From contig OX597814.1 in assembly GCA_951406725.2 (NCBI GenBank), forward strand, positions 133,672,001 to 133,736,000: a stretch of 64,000 bases of DNA. Reading direction: 5' to 3'. The notes under the pieces were generated by a model. The model was not told the origin of the DNA, ran no database searches, and worked only from the letters and a program-made list of their open reading frames with translations. Source of the DNA: Octopus vulgaris (lineage: Eukaryota). The translations under genes were made by a program, and so were the position numbers. Shown one piece after another: positions 39,041 to 52,394 of this stretch (position 1 is its first letter; each line of letters begins with the position of its first letter).

Positions 39041-42000
39041 ATTTACGTCTACTACCAGCTAATGATTTTATCATTCTTGCAACGGACAATATTAAAATAC
39101 GCCACCACACCTCTCGGGTAATATCTACTAAATGTGGAAGACACAGTCCTTGAAGTATATTATAACACGACTTCAAAATGAAGCAGTGATCCACACGTTA
39201 TTGAAATTAACGCTGAATTAGTAAAAGCCCTGTAGTTAAACAAAACAGCAGCTGAAATGGTATTATAAAAACACGACTTTGACGACGCAAGAGAGACGAG
39301 ATATATCAATTTATGCGCAACACAGTAAAACAAAGACAAAAACGATTGGACTGCTTCATTCAGACTCATTAAGCTTTGCCTTGCAAATCAATTGAAAGAA
39401 AGTGACAGCGAAAGGTGTCTACTCTTATAATCATCGTGACAATATCTTGAAAACTAGCTTTTATTCCATCTTGAATAGTTGTAAAGGCAAACCTTACTTA
39501 ACTTAATGTTTTATCGATTAATGTAGAAAGGAAAAAAATATCTCTTCTTACTCTGTCACAATAATCAATAACAGCCTTTTTCTCAATAATTGCTAGTTCT
39601 CTATATGGAGTTGTTTCCGGTTTTACTGAATTAAATTTGTGATAATCAGAAATTGTATTCTCGTCGGGTGTGAATTTTAGTTTCCTATATTAAAACATTT
39701 TTTTCAAAATTAATAGAATACTGTTCGGAAGTCCATTGAAAGGATCGTATTTGAAATTATAAAGTGTAGCCTTGTCACACACTTTGTCACGCTGACCTTG
39801 CCTGTGGAATACTCTGTCACTTAGGTTAATTCTATGAGTAGGTTATTCCATTAACCGAAAAGCTGAACATTTGTGGTAGAAAGAAGATCAATTTACTTGA
39901 TGTGTGTGTGTGTGTGTGTGTGTGTGTGTTCGCGCTCGTGTTTGAGCGCGTATATGCACGCATGTAGGCGTCCACATCTAACTTTTTCTCCAAATTGTGT
40001 AAATATATTTTCGAATGAACCTACTTAACATCTTTCTTCTTGTTCTGCTATTTTATGAGGTTGATAAATATATACCAGTTTCTCGTTCAAGCTGCTTCCT
40101 TCTAGAGTATCATAATAACAGGAGACTTATAGCTGGCGAAGTTAAGGATATTTGTGGGCGTATTTTATTTACCCATTAGCATTTACCTATAGTAATGTGT
40201 GTGTGTGTGTGTGCGCGTGCGTGCGCGTGTGTGTGTGCGCGTGCGTGCGCGTGTGTGTGTATGTGATTCAATTTAGTGTTTTGTCGAAAAGGATAGGTAA
40301 CCTGAAGTTATACTTGTAGATATGGTTAAAACAAAGTCCTTGAATATTGCCTTCAAGTTCTTCTTAAATGCATCGATATCGTGGCTATATATGTTATTCC
40401 TAAGCTATACAATTGGGAGTTATAATGTGGTAGTGCGCTATTTAAGTGTATCAAAGATAAGCAATTTTCATCGGTAATTTGACTTTATAGTAATGAATGC
40501 AAAGCAGTCAGTCTTATAAAAACATTTTTACTGTGTCTAATGTTTGTGTAAACCGGTAAAATATCAAAATAAAGATGATTAGTATTTACATCTTCTCAGA
40601 TGCATTACTAAATGCATATTCTTGAGCTGGGGTATTATTAAATGTTCACATAAGTTATTTTGTTAAAGTTGTTTAGATTTAATACTGGAAAATAGAAAGT
40701 GTATATTACAATAACGTCTCATGTGATATCATCAGATAATTGTAAAATGGTTATCAACGTTTTAAACGCTAAGATACTTTTGATTTTAGTAGTAAAGAGA
40801 CAAGTTAAGGTATGACTGATATGAGATTATCTTTGGTGTTTATTTTTCTTTTTTGTTCGTTAAATTTATTATTTATAGTGTACAAACCGGAACTTGCTGA
40901 CGATATCGTTTCACTGTTTACCAAATAGCGATATTTTATCTATTTGAAGACGTGCACTATTTCAGAATTTGTTAGCAGTGCGCTAATTTTAAACAGCAAC
41001 GATTAAAGAATACGAAAGCAATTAGTGTATCACGTCTAAAACAATTGAGTAGCAGCTTAAAATGTAATCCAGTTTATGCAATGCTTCAACAATACCTAGC
41101 CTCCATACATAAAAAGAGTTAACATATTCAATAAATCATAGTATTTCGAAATAATTTTAACGTTTAAACGAATGGTTCTAATTTGCTAAAATCTAGCAGA
41201 ATGGTATGAATAATGAGTTGACATCTTGTATAAATAATGAGATGACACTCGTATCCTTCATCGAAATGGTGCTTCAATAAATTATAATTATAATCACTTT
41301 AACTGTGATATAAGAATCAAGTTTTCGACTTGCTTTCAAATATTTCCAGCATAACTTTCACCCAGAAAAATAAAAATAATAATGTCTCGTTCTTTACTAG
41401 CTCTGTTATACTATTAATTTTTGGCTTTCGCCAGTTTCAAGCGTATGTAAAGATTAACCTCATAGATATCGGCAAAATCCAAATCAACATTACACTGAAA
41501 TTAATCTGTTAATTCTGTATAACTATGTTGCGAACAACTCGTCAATTTTATGGTGGACGCCGTTAGATGTAACGACAAAGTGAAGTTATTCATTATTCCT
41601 ATTGACTGTTAGATGAATAAAGTCAGGTAGCGTTAAGTGTTTCAGCAACGAAAGCATTACTGAAGAATATTGTAATCTATTTTTACTGTAAAGTTGCAAG
41701 TCATCAACTCAATAGAATTATAATTACATTTTACTAACATACGTATGTTAAATGATTTTTCTCATATACATGGGTAAAGATAGTTCTCTTTACTTGTATG
41801 ATGAAATATTATCTATCAATACGATTGTTTTTAATAATGCAATGTGAAATGGTTTCTTTTATGATCGTCGAAGGGGCACTGCCAGTAATTCTTAACAAAG
41901 ATTATTACACCGATCTAAGCTCCTATTCAATTTCTGTTAGCTCATTTTCTAAAATTATCTCTACTATTGAATTTTTACATCCAGAAGACTTACGTGAGCG

Positions 42001-44075
42001 ACTTGATTTTCTATGTCTTTTCATTGAAAAATTGACAAGTGCAACACATATCATGAATTAAATTGCCTTTTGCAACAGAATCTTAGATTTAAATCTTATT
42101 CAAAAGCGTCGTTTCTAAAGGCAGTATGATCATCATACATCTTTATTGTGAGCAGGATATCAAATTATTTATCGTTCTTAGAAATACATCACATCTTATT
42201 GCGATATTGAACATGAGGCAGCTGGTCAAATATTCAGTGAATATAAATAAAAATCCATCCAAATGCAGAGTTTTCTACGATTAGTTCAGATAAATATGCA
42301 ACTATTCACCTTATATTGTAGCATTTTTGTTATAACTTCATTTGAATGAAGAAAACCAAATTTGAATAGATATCCTTCGATATTGTCATGTACAGAATTT
42401 GTGCATCTTAAAATACATATAAAACCAGCTGAGAAAAAAAAGAACTTAAATTTAAGTGTTATTGATGTTTTCATCAAATCTAAATTCATTACAAACTATA
42501 TCAGAACAATTGTTGAATGTTGAATGTTTCGAATTATTAATAGATTCTCTCTAATATATAAATTTCAATGCAATCGCCCACTCTTGGAATTGGATAAGAA
42601 TCAGTTCTTGAGAGAGAATTGATGGCGTCCATGTCGGCACAGCAGCGCCAACCACCTCCACCACTCTTCGGTACAAGTACACAAGACGAACTCCACGGAT
42701 TGTCACTGGGTTCAATAATAGCATTGTCTAGCATATATTTCACTTCTCTCCGCAGTTTCACTTTCCACAGGATTCATTGTTTACAGGCACAGCACCACCT
42801 ACATCTATAGTTCGGCCAGGCACAACAGGAAATAAATGAGAGAATTCATGGATCAAATCTGACAATTGAGTTTTCTGCTCAAAGGATAAATGTGACAATT
42901 TCTCATCACAGTGCGATAATACATCAGACTTTCTTAATTTATGTGAAACATTATCATTATGGTCATCCAAATTCACATTGCTAACATCATTATCAACATT
43001 GTCAACATGTTCAATCTTGTCTACAGTGCAATCAGTAACTGGGGAGAGTGTGACAATACAAGAAGCCTGTTTGGTTTCTACCCTGTTGTAGTATGACTTT
43101 ATTATGTTTACATGACACAATCTTTTTTTCTTACGAGGCCAGGAGTCAGGAAAACATAGCCTTCTTCGCAAGACATTTTATCAACCAAGTCACATGCTTT
43201 CGAAATTCTTTTCCGAAATGTAGAAACATAGTCCAAAAGATTGATCTCAGGATCACTATTGAGCTATTGCTCTTCTAGATGTTTTAATGGCCCATGCACA
43301 ATAATACCAAATACAAGCTCAAAGGGATTGAACCCTAAACTTTCATGAACTGATTCCATGACAGCAAAGAGCTACAAATGCACATCCTCATCCCAATCTT
43401 TCTCATTTTCAAAGCAATAAGTTTTGATCATATTCTTCAAGGTTTTATGAAATCTCTCTAAAGCTCCCTATGACTCAGGATGATAAGCACTTAACTTAAC
43501 CTTCTCAATACCCAACTGGTATATAACTTCTTGAAACACCTTAGACATGAAATTTGAGCCCTGAACAGATTGAACAACATTTGGCAAACCAACTAAGGTA
43601 AAGAAAAACTTGAACAAAGCTTTGATAATCCCAGGAACGACAATCCTACGAAGGAGAATAGCTTCAGGAAATCCTGTAGAAGCACACATGATAGTGAGAA
43701 GACTTAGTCTTAGGTAGTGGACCAACACAATCAATAATAACTCGACTGAAAGATTCCCCAAAAATCGGTATAGGTTTCAAAGGAGCGAGAGGAATTTTCT
43801 GATTTGGTTTTCCAGCAATTTGGCATGCAAGACAGGTTTTACAAAATTCAGCCGCATCTTGTCTCAAACTAGGCCAAAAGAAATGTGCCAAACTTTTCTC
43901 ACAAGCTTTGCTTGCACTTAAATGACCTGCCATGGGACATTCATGTGCCAATGAAAGTACATGATTTCGTAACAATTGTGGTATCACAATTTTTTATACA
44001 ATTTCAATTCACCCCCCACAGGAATGTCCGGCTGCCTCTATTTCCTCATCAGAACACCATCCATAAAACAATATC

Positions 44076-44514
44076 GGATCTTTTCGGTTTGAACGGCAGT
44101 TTTTTCTAGCGGTGTCATATGAAATTGTCACCTATAATTATGACCCTAGTATCGATCTATTGCATTTCAATCTGTTTTAGGGTTAGGGTTAGTTAGGGTT
44201 AGGGTTAGGGTTAGGGTCGGGGGAAGGGTATCTTTTTTTCTTCAGAAATGTAAATAAACCCAATCTATTTCTTAAACGAGGGAGGTATTCATACGGCACA
44301 TAATATTTTCACCTCAATAGACGTCATTGATTGGTTGAAATTGCAGAAATTGAAGGAAAAAAAACAACAAATATCTTACAAACTATAGAATTTTCTCAAT
44401 AAAGCCAAGAGAAAAAGATGTTTTATAAACACATTCTACCAGTATACGAAGTTTAAAAGTGTTTAGTTACGTGGAAATTATTTTTAAAAACTGCCGTTCA
44501 AACCGAAAAGACCC
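44076..44514. mobile_element. MITE with 29-bp TIRs and a perfect 8-bp TSD (Merlin-like), nested in the Gypsy element
   Basis: TSD acaatatc at 44068-44075 and 44515-44522; TIR gg(a/g)tcttttcggtttgaacggcagttttt. Confidence 0.9.
44177..44216 (+). repeat. Interstitial (TTAGGG)n, about 6 units, inside the MITE
   Basis: Read directly from the sequence. Confidence 0.9.
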
Positions 44515-46077
44515 ACAATATCAAACTGGAACCTTGCTAAGCTCCTCAAAAGAAACTGCCTTATTAGCTAACTTCTGCAACTCAACATCCTGACCCTGTG
44601 CAGTAATAAGCTGCTCTCTAGAAAGGATGTGATCACCACCTGACAAACTATCAGACTTATCAAGAAGACCTGAAGAGTTACTACCCTTTGAAGATAAGTC
44701 ATCAGCCTCTACCTTACGAAAAGTATGATCCATGAAAGTGTCGGACAAATCATATATAGAATCATTCAGCAAAGAAGTCTTGAAAGAAATGTCTTTCTGA
44801 AGTATGCAATCTGGGGGCTTACTCTCACAAACAAAACTCTCCTCAGAACTACCGAAAAGAAAGGCTTAGGTGCGACAGACGCAAAAGCATTTTGGGAACC
44901 TATGGGCTGATTTTTAAGCTTAAGTTTGAGACAGGCAGAAATCAAATGTCCCGGCCTCTTACAATATGCACAAACAGGACCAGAACTAGTTGGAGTCCTA
45001 GAAGAATTCGAATTTGTCAGAAGAATTTGAACCTGTTCTATCACCACTGGAACCTGCATGACCTGAACTCCAAACCGGGGAAAAGACCTTTGGACCAGAA
45101 GGCAACGACCTCAGACACCGAAAATAATTCTTGGGAGTCAAATTATAATCATTTGCCAACATAGCTATATTATATAAGACATCAATCTTTCGTTCATTCA
45201 AATAAATATTGTGATCAGAATAAACATAATGTTTGAAATCCTCCATCAAAACTTCCTCAAACTATCAGAATTTGTGACCAAACTTTGTCACCTATCAAAG
45301 TTTCCTTCTCCCTATCAAACTCTACAAAAGTTTCATTGTCCCTTTTTTTAGCATTCCTGAATTTCTGTCGATAAGCTTCGGGCACTAGTTTATAAGCTTT
45401 TAGAAGGGTCCTTTTAACCAGATTATAATCTGAACTTTGCTCTACAGATAAGGCCGAAAAGGCATCCTAAACTTTACCCTTCAAAACAGTTTGCGCTAGC
45501 ATAATCCATGACTCCTTAGGCCACTTAAGCTTCTCAGCAACTTTTTCAAAATGTAGAAAATACTTGTCCACCTCTTTTTCATTGAAAGGAGGAAGCAGCA
45601 TGGCATGTCTTGCAATTTCGAAGAGGAAGGGTGTGAGGGAAGAAAAGAATTGCCTAGCTTTTAAGTTCAATTTCTTTTTCAATTTCAAGCTTTTTAAGCT
45701 CAATTTCCTTTTCAAATCTTTTCAATTCTAATTGAATTTCACGCTTTTTCATTTCCAAATGGTCTAAATGTTCTTCTTTCACCATCTCCAAAGGATCATG
45801 TCCGAAAACTCCCTCATCAACGAAGTGATTTAAAACAATTTTCAAAATTTGAAATTTCCTCATAGCAGGTTCGGCCTCAAGTTTGAAATGTGCAGAAATT
45901 TCCAATAAATCTGATTTGCGCAAGACACCGATTGACTGTCTCAGGGGTAAATGACATAAGAAAATCCTCTAGTTTAACCGCCACATTTGCTGGTTTTGCA
46001 GTTAACTTTTTGCAAAAAGAAAAATGCAGTAATTTGAAATATTTACAAAACGTCTCAAAATGTCAAATGAATCCTTC

Positions 46078-46093
46078 CCCGGACGAGCTCCCA
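46078..46093 (-). promoter_or_regulatory. Primer-binding site complementary to tRNA-Pro, 5 nt after the LTR end (..GTAACA)
   Basis: Minus strand tgggagctcgtccggg versus the canonical PBS-Pro TGGGGGCTCGTCCGGG(AT): 15 of 16 match. The far end of the LTR was not resolved. Confidence 0.85.
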
Positions 46094-46508
46094 ATTTTTG
46101 TTACGGTTACTGCATGACAAGGAAACAGTCCCCACTCGAAATCAGCAAGTAAAACAAACAGGTCTGTACAATTCAGTCATTACGATATTATAATTAAGAA
46201 AAATACATGCTCATAACATAGTGTTAATCAATATTAATAAGCAGCAACATACGCGCATTAAAATCTGGGTCAGCTGGTAGTTGAAACACAAAATGTATGC
46301 TTGAAACATGTGCACTGACAATATATAAAGATGAATGTTCGTTATTATTTTCGCAATGTCGAATGCGTTCTCATATTGGTACTCTACAAATACCAATTTA
46401 CAGGAAGTACAATCAATTGAATTGATCTTAGCACATATCTCCCACTTACCTTATAGACTTGTGATGACAATGTGATTTTAACTCTGACATAGAGTAGAAA
46501 AGAATATT

Positions 46509-46690
46509 CTTTTGTACTCTAGGCACAAGGCCCGAAGTTTTTGGGAAGAGGGCCAGTCGATTAGATCGGCCACAATACGCAAATGGTACTTAATTTATCG
46601 ACCCCGAAAGGATGAAAGGCATAATCGGCAGACGAAATATCGTAAAGAATTTCACCCGGCGTGCTAACGTTTCTACCAGCTCGCCGCCGT
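46509..46690 (-). mobile_element. SINE (third family) with a ~16-bp TSD
   Basis: Flanks agtagaaa(a/t)gaatatt at 46493-46508 and 46691-46706; core gcctttcatcctttcggggtcgataaattaagtacc on the minus strand. Confidence 0.82.
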
Positions 46691-46718
46691 AGTAGAAATG
46701 AATATTACAGAATATTTA

Positions 46719-46900
46719 AGGCGGCGAGCTGGCAGAATCGTTTGTACGCTGCATTTCGCCCGTCTTTAATGTTCTGAGCTCAAAATTTTACCAAGGATGA
46801 CTTTGCCTTTCATCCTTTGAAGGTACATGAAACAAGCAGCAGTTGAGTACTGGGGTCAATGTAATCGACTTACAACTTCCCCCGAACATGCTGGCCTTTA
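46719..46900 (+). mobile_element. SINE of the same family, head-to-head with the previous copy
   Basis: ggcggcgagctggcagaatcg..gactttgcctttcatccttt..ctggggtcaatgtaatcgact; another head fragment at ~8709-8750 (-). Confidence 0.8.
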
Positions 46901-47086
46901 TTACAGACATATGGAGCTTGACACATTGTTCCTTCTATTGAGTGATATCAGTTTCACAGTCGATACACGTTATAAGGATTCCCATCAAATTCGTTAGTGA
47001 CAGTAAATCCGACAGAATGCTTTGTTTGTAAGTTTAGTTTCCGTATGGCTCATTACATTTGGTCGCATATTATCACTATGCTGTGA

Positions 47087-47087
<1 letters not shown>

Positions 47088-47158
<71 letters not shown>

Positions 47159-47253
47159 AAGCAGCAGCATTAGCTCCTGATTTCACGCGCGATGCGAGAA
47201 TGAAGAGACTTGTAGAGTTTATATTCGCCCCTAACTCTTATTGATTGGTAAAG

Positions 47254-47328
<75 letters not shown>
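47088..47328. repeat. (GCA)n/(GTA)n trinucleotide microsatellites
   Basis: Two GTA runs read directly from the sequence. Confidence 0.95.
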
Positions 47329-48142
47329 TCAACAGCATAAGAAGAAGCAGCAGTTTTAGGGGGAATAGGAGATGGAGGAAAATGGTAACAGATGATAATG
47401 CATCACGATTACTTGTCATTTCAACATAGCTGATCCTGTATCCTGGCAAAAGATGCTACTTCAAACTATACCTCTGTTGTAATATAAAGATAATGAAACT
47501 AGAGTTGTTGAATCGCGTAACCGACCAAAATTTCATTTATTTACAAAGAATTCCCAAACTAAGAATTTGTTCATAACGTTTTCTAGGCATAAAATTTGAC
47601 ATATTTTATTCGATAGAGAATCATTTTGATGACCAACACTCTCCCTAATAACATTATGTAGTGGAATAGACAATATTCTCAGGAGTGTCCATTGGATTTT
47701 TTTCCCTGTATTTCATCAATGAATTAGCAATGCAACTAAAGTCAATATAGCTTCAATTGAAACTGAAACAAGTTATAATTAGAATGTTATTTCTGCTTCT
47801 GTTTTTCTTAACTTTAATACATTTACGTCAATTGTTTTCTAAGAGTGATTTCTATATGCTTCTGTAGTTTTACATTCAGGTATCTCCTGTTTCTCTGGTC
47901 AAATGTTTAGAAAATTTGTTTCGCAATCCTGAACTACTGATTTAACCCAAAAGCTAGCATTTTGATACCGGCCTTTTACAATAGTTACGGATCAATCTTT
48001 GCCTTGCAAGTGAAACTAATTAGCCAGAGGCCCATAACATGAAGTATAGCACAGTATTTTGTTAAGATCATTTCTTCAGAAATTACAGTCAGCACTAATT
48101 TTTTGGCTACATTCTTTCGTATCGAGATGTCAATGAGGTCTG

Positions 48143-48509
48143 AGACAAAAATGGGTAATAAGTGTATATGCCATATTTAGGGTTTTTTTCTCCTTCATCA
48201 GCATCCATCTAACCCACACATGCCTCCGAACACATTGGTTATATAGCCACCGCATACAGCGGTATTAAGCTATTGGATATACATAGTATATTATGGATGT
48301 ATAACGAAATTCCAATTGCCTACAAGTGTTTAATATTTACATAGGCTCTCCAGGAATGGGTTTGATATGTAAAGAGATATATCCAATAATTTAACACCGC
48401 TGTATGCTGTGGCTATATAAACAATGTGTTCTGAGACAAGAGTGGGTTAGATGAGTGCTGGTGAAGGGGAAAAAATCCCCCAGATATGACTTATTACCCA
48501 TTTTTGTCT
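48143..48509. mobile_element. Diverged inverted repeat (~135-bp arms), probable old PLE pseudo-LTR pair
   Basis: agacaaaaatgggtaataagt.. / ..acttattacccatttttgtct; eroded ctg(a/g)tga-agg..ccc core in both arms. Confidence 0.6.
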
Positions 48510-49384
48510 AATGGATGAGGACAACTGTGTGAAGAAGTGTCACACCATAAAATTGGAGGGAACCTGTGGAAGAGGTACACTCAAGAAGGCCTGGGATGAG
48601 GTGGTGAAGTACGACCTTCGAACGTTGGGCCTCACAGACGCAATGACAAGCGACCGAGATCTTGGAGATATGCTGCGTCTAAGAAGACCCGGCAAGCCAA
48701 GTGAGATCGTAGCCGTAACCTACGCCAGTGTCGCATAACCGGCCTCTTTAAGAGTACTCTTCAATCGTCGAGCAATATGCTGTGCTTGACAAGACCTGTT
48801 GAGTCAAATGAAATCGTTTTCGTAACCGATGCCAGTACCCACTGACTGGCACTCGTACCGGTGGCACCTAAGAAGCACCATTTGAACGTGGTCGATGCCA
48901 GTGCCGCCTGACTGGCTCCGTGCCAGTGGCACGTAAAATGCACCATACGAGCCTTGTCGATGTCGGTGCCGTCTGACTGGCACCTGTGCCGGTAGTACGT
49001 AAAATGCACCATACGAGCCTTGTCGATGTCAGTGCCGCCTGACTGGCTCCTGTGCCGGTAGCACGTAAAAAGCACCATACGAGCCTTGTCGGTGTCAGTT
49101 CCACCTGACTGGTTCCCGTGCTGGTGGCACGTAAAACGCACCAATCGAGAATGGTTGATGCCAGTGCAGGCTGAGTGGCTCCCGTGCTGGTGACACGTAA
49201 AAAGCACCTACTACAATCTCGAAGTGGTTGGCGTTACGAAGGGCATCTAGCTGTAGAAACCTTGCCAGATCAGATTGGAGCCTTGTGCAGACTCCTGGCT
49301 TGCCAGTCGTCAGTCAAACCGTCAAAATCATGCCAGCATGGAAAGCGGACGTTAAACGATGATGATGATGATGATGATGATGAT
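48510..49384 (+). mobile_element. 5'-truncated RTE-clade LINE: ORF C-terminus, tandem-repeat 3' UTR and (GAT)n tail
   Basis: MDEDNCVKKC..LEGTCGRG..KKAWDEVVKYDL..LGLTDAMTSDR; ends catggaaagcggacgttaaac(gat)n. Confidence 0.85.
48828..49208 (+). repeat. Six diverged 65-66-bp GC-rich tandem units in the RTE 3' UTR
   Basis: Units start at 48828, 48894, 48959, 49025, 49091 and 49157. Confidence 0.9.
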
Positions 49385-50617
49385 CTCATTCTTTGTTTAC
49401 ATCTGACGTCTCGATACGAAATGTAGTAACAAAATCTGTGCTGGCTATGATTTAAATAACCTTAATAAAATAATGTAAAGCGCACTGCTAACGCAGTAGT
49501 ATGTTGTATTGACTCATAATGACATTTAATATACCTTATAGTATATTATGGTTGCATAACAAAATTCCATGTGCCAACAAGTTTTTAATCTTTAGTATAG
49601 CACAGTGTCTCGTACTGAATCTGCATCAGGTACAAGGTCAAACAAGATAAAACACTACTGTTAATTCTCAGTGATAGCTTTAAATTTTACTACAGTGTAT
49701 AGATTCAAGCAAGATTTTTATTTCAGCTCGATAAGTATGGTTAATATCAAAGTTTCAAAGAAATTAGCACGCATTTCCAGATGAGGTGTTTTAATTGAAA
49801 CTGATGGGAAGACATAACTGATATTGAAAGAAATTTGGACGATCAGCCAATATTATTAGTTCCATCAATTTGTGGTTCTTTTGCATTAACAGAGTAAGTC
49901 AATAATCAGATAATATATTAGATAATGGATAGGACCATTCTTATCCATTCTTATCCATTCTTATCCATTATAAGAACTCGTCCGCAATATATTTCTTTAA
50001 ACTTATTTTTCAGTTATTATTGTTAAGTGTCTTGGGTTATGTAATGGCAGCTCTTGCTGACTTCTCAGAAAGGTGTCATTTTATCGTAGCAGCATTTTGG
50101 TCCGTTACCTTTTTAGGATAATTGCCAAAGAACTGAACTGATTTCCTCAGAGGTTACCTATCAATTAGCAAAATCAGAACTATTCTTTTCTTCAATGTTT
50201 ACTTTGATATCAATTTCTCGGCACTTCAAAATGCACCACAAAAGTTTCTTCGTATTTCTTCAAAGATGTCTAATTCATATTTTAGATATGTTGGTTAAAA
50301 AAAAATGAGGAAGAAAATTAATTTACAAATTTTCTCCAAGTAAATAAACAAAAAATATAACTTCGAAATACCTTAATCTCTAGAAATTATTTATCTTAAT
50401 TAAAAATACTGAGGAATTATAAGTTGGAGGCAATAATGTATAAAGTCCTCTCTAACTGTCGACAAATAGATAGAGATTTTACACATTACTAATTTCGTTT
50501 CCAGCTTGTATTCCAAGATCAGATGAATTTTGAAGATATTTTCCAAATCCAGCTTTATTACATAAGAAATATTGCAGTCACTTGCCTTTTTAACAACGGC
50601 GAAACTCTGTAACGTTT

Positions 50618-50868
50618 TAAGTCATGAATGGGCCGCAAATCAAAATGCCATGATTGTTACTTCCCATAGCAAAAGCTGAATCAAAGAGGTACATATTCGT
50701 TTACAAAACGAATTTTTGAAGGAGCTTTCTTCTACCGTCATGAATTTTTGAAGGAGCTCTCTAAGTCATGAATGGGCGGCAAATCAAAATTGTTACTTCC
50801 TATAGCAAAAGCTGAATCAAAGATGTACATATTCGTTTACAAAACGAATTTTTGAAGAAGCTCTCTAC
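50618..50868 (+). repeat. Imperfect tandem duplication of ~110 bp with a short chimeric spacer
   Basis: taagtcatgaatggg..caaaacgaatttttgaagRagct occurs at 50618 and 50762. Confidence 0.85.
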
Positions 50869-51551
50869 CGGCGCTGCTGGCGCTACCGGCAATCCACCAG
50901 CGCTCTAATTAACATGTACTAATAAGAAAATTTCTTTAAGTATAATATCTAATTAAAAACTACAATCAACCCACACTGGAAAGACTAGTGTGACATAACA
51001 CGAGCTTTGTTAATGTTAGAGTGACTACAAATGCTTCTTTGTCGTAGCTTCCGTATATTACACCCTCCTTGGAACGTTTAATTTTATAATAACTTAGTAT
51101 ATAAACACGTATAAAAACTACACTGGGCAAATTACGTCGCTTGAAACCCAACTCCCGTACACTAATTATTATTCTAGGACTGCGATATTTAAAAGTAGTC
51201 TTCACACACTAGTAAATATTGGTTATTATATTTGTTTAACATAACTAAATTCAAAAATTCTGATAAAGCAAAAACTATCTTTGAACACAACACATAATTA
51301 AATAACAATATAACTCTAAAGTGTTATTATGAAAATTGCTTTAGTTATAAACCAGATCTTAAAATCTTGTTTCCAATTCAATTTTTCCGATCGTCATATA
51401 TTAAAACTCACTCTTTATCTCATTAGTTTGAAATAATCCAGAATCATAAAACAGGTAATGTTTATCAATTCGAAATATGACCTCAGAATGCCATGTAATA
51501 CTATTATTGATTCAAAAGTTGCACAAAAATAATTTGATAAGAAGGATACAG

Positions 51552-51640
<89 letters not shown>

Positions 51641-51723
51641 TATTATTTCTCTTTATCACAGATTTCGTTGGAGCCCCTGGGGTCTTGCATGCGTAGTGGG
51701 CTTGCTACCTGCAGTCTACGGTA

Positions 51724-51757
<34 letters not shown>

Positions 51758-51759
<2 letters not shown>

Positions 51760-52295
51760 TGACTCGGATAGTTCTTAATTACCGGTTGTTCTTTACTTGA
51801 AAGTAGACAATAACAACTCACCAAAGGTTTCAAATAGTGCCCTCTCCTATGATTCAAAGATCCAATACTCTCCTTAGAATGCGAATTCTACCCAACAATA
51901 ATGTCTTCTGGATCACTTGACAGCAGCTCCAATATTCTGAATATTATTTTCAAAGCTCTTGGAAACTGTTCCTAATGCTCCAGTTACCACCGGTATCACC
52001 ATTACTTTCCTAATGCCCCATAAATTTCCTATTTCGTCCCGCAGTGGCTGATATTTCTCACACTTTTCTGTTTCCTTACATTTCACCCTCGAATCGCCTG
52101 GTATTGTAACATTTATTATCTTCGGTTCTTCTTCATCTTTATGGATGATTACAATATCTGGCCATCTCACCTCTATGACTTGGTTGGACTATACGTTAAC
52201 ATCCCAGAGTATCTTGTAATGTTCGTTTTCTGTTACTCCTGGCTTGTATTCATACCATTGTTCGGCTCTCTCGATCGAGGATTGCTTTACCGCAC
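51758..52295 (-). mobile_element. Older, divergent R4/Dong-like 3' fragment between (ATT)n tracts
   Basis: WYEYKPGVTENEHYKILWD..WPDIVII..IINVTIPGD..KETEKCEKYQPL..LW..VIPVVTGALG. Confidence 0.85.
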
Positions 52296-52308
52296 ATTAT
52301 TATTATTA

Positions 52309-52391
<83 letters not shown>

Positions 52392-52394
<3 letters not shown>

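Larger units (their letters stand above)
42562..46120 (-). mobile_element. Degraded Gypsy-superfamily LTR retrotransposon with Gmr1-like order (gag-INT-RT), 3'-truncated
   Basis: gag LLPPFNEKEVDKYFLHFEKVA..LVPEAYRQKFR and CAYCKRPGHLISAC; INT zinc finger HECPMAGH..CKTCLAC and core DCVGPLP..QGSNFMS..SAYHPES; RT start IIEPSDNPWSS..LVPK..DSYPIPRV. Confidence 0.9.

Noticed and set aside
39040-42530. Long stretch without recognisable repeats that could hold host exons
   Set aside because: No ORF with a recognisable domain or convincing exon was visible; small exons cannot be excluded without RNA-seq.
44177-44216. Chromosome end or telomere fusion site
   Set aside because: Only about 6 units, lying inside a TIR element with an intact TSD.
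48828-49208. CRISPR-like regular array
   Set aside because: Units are contiguous diverged tandem repeats without unique spacers, inside a eukaryotic LINE UTR, and no cas genes are present.
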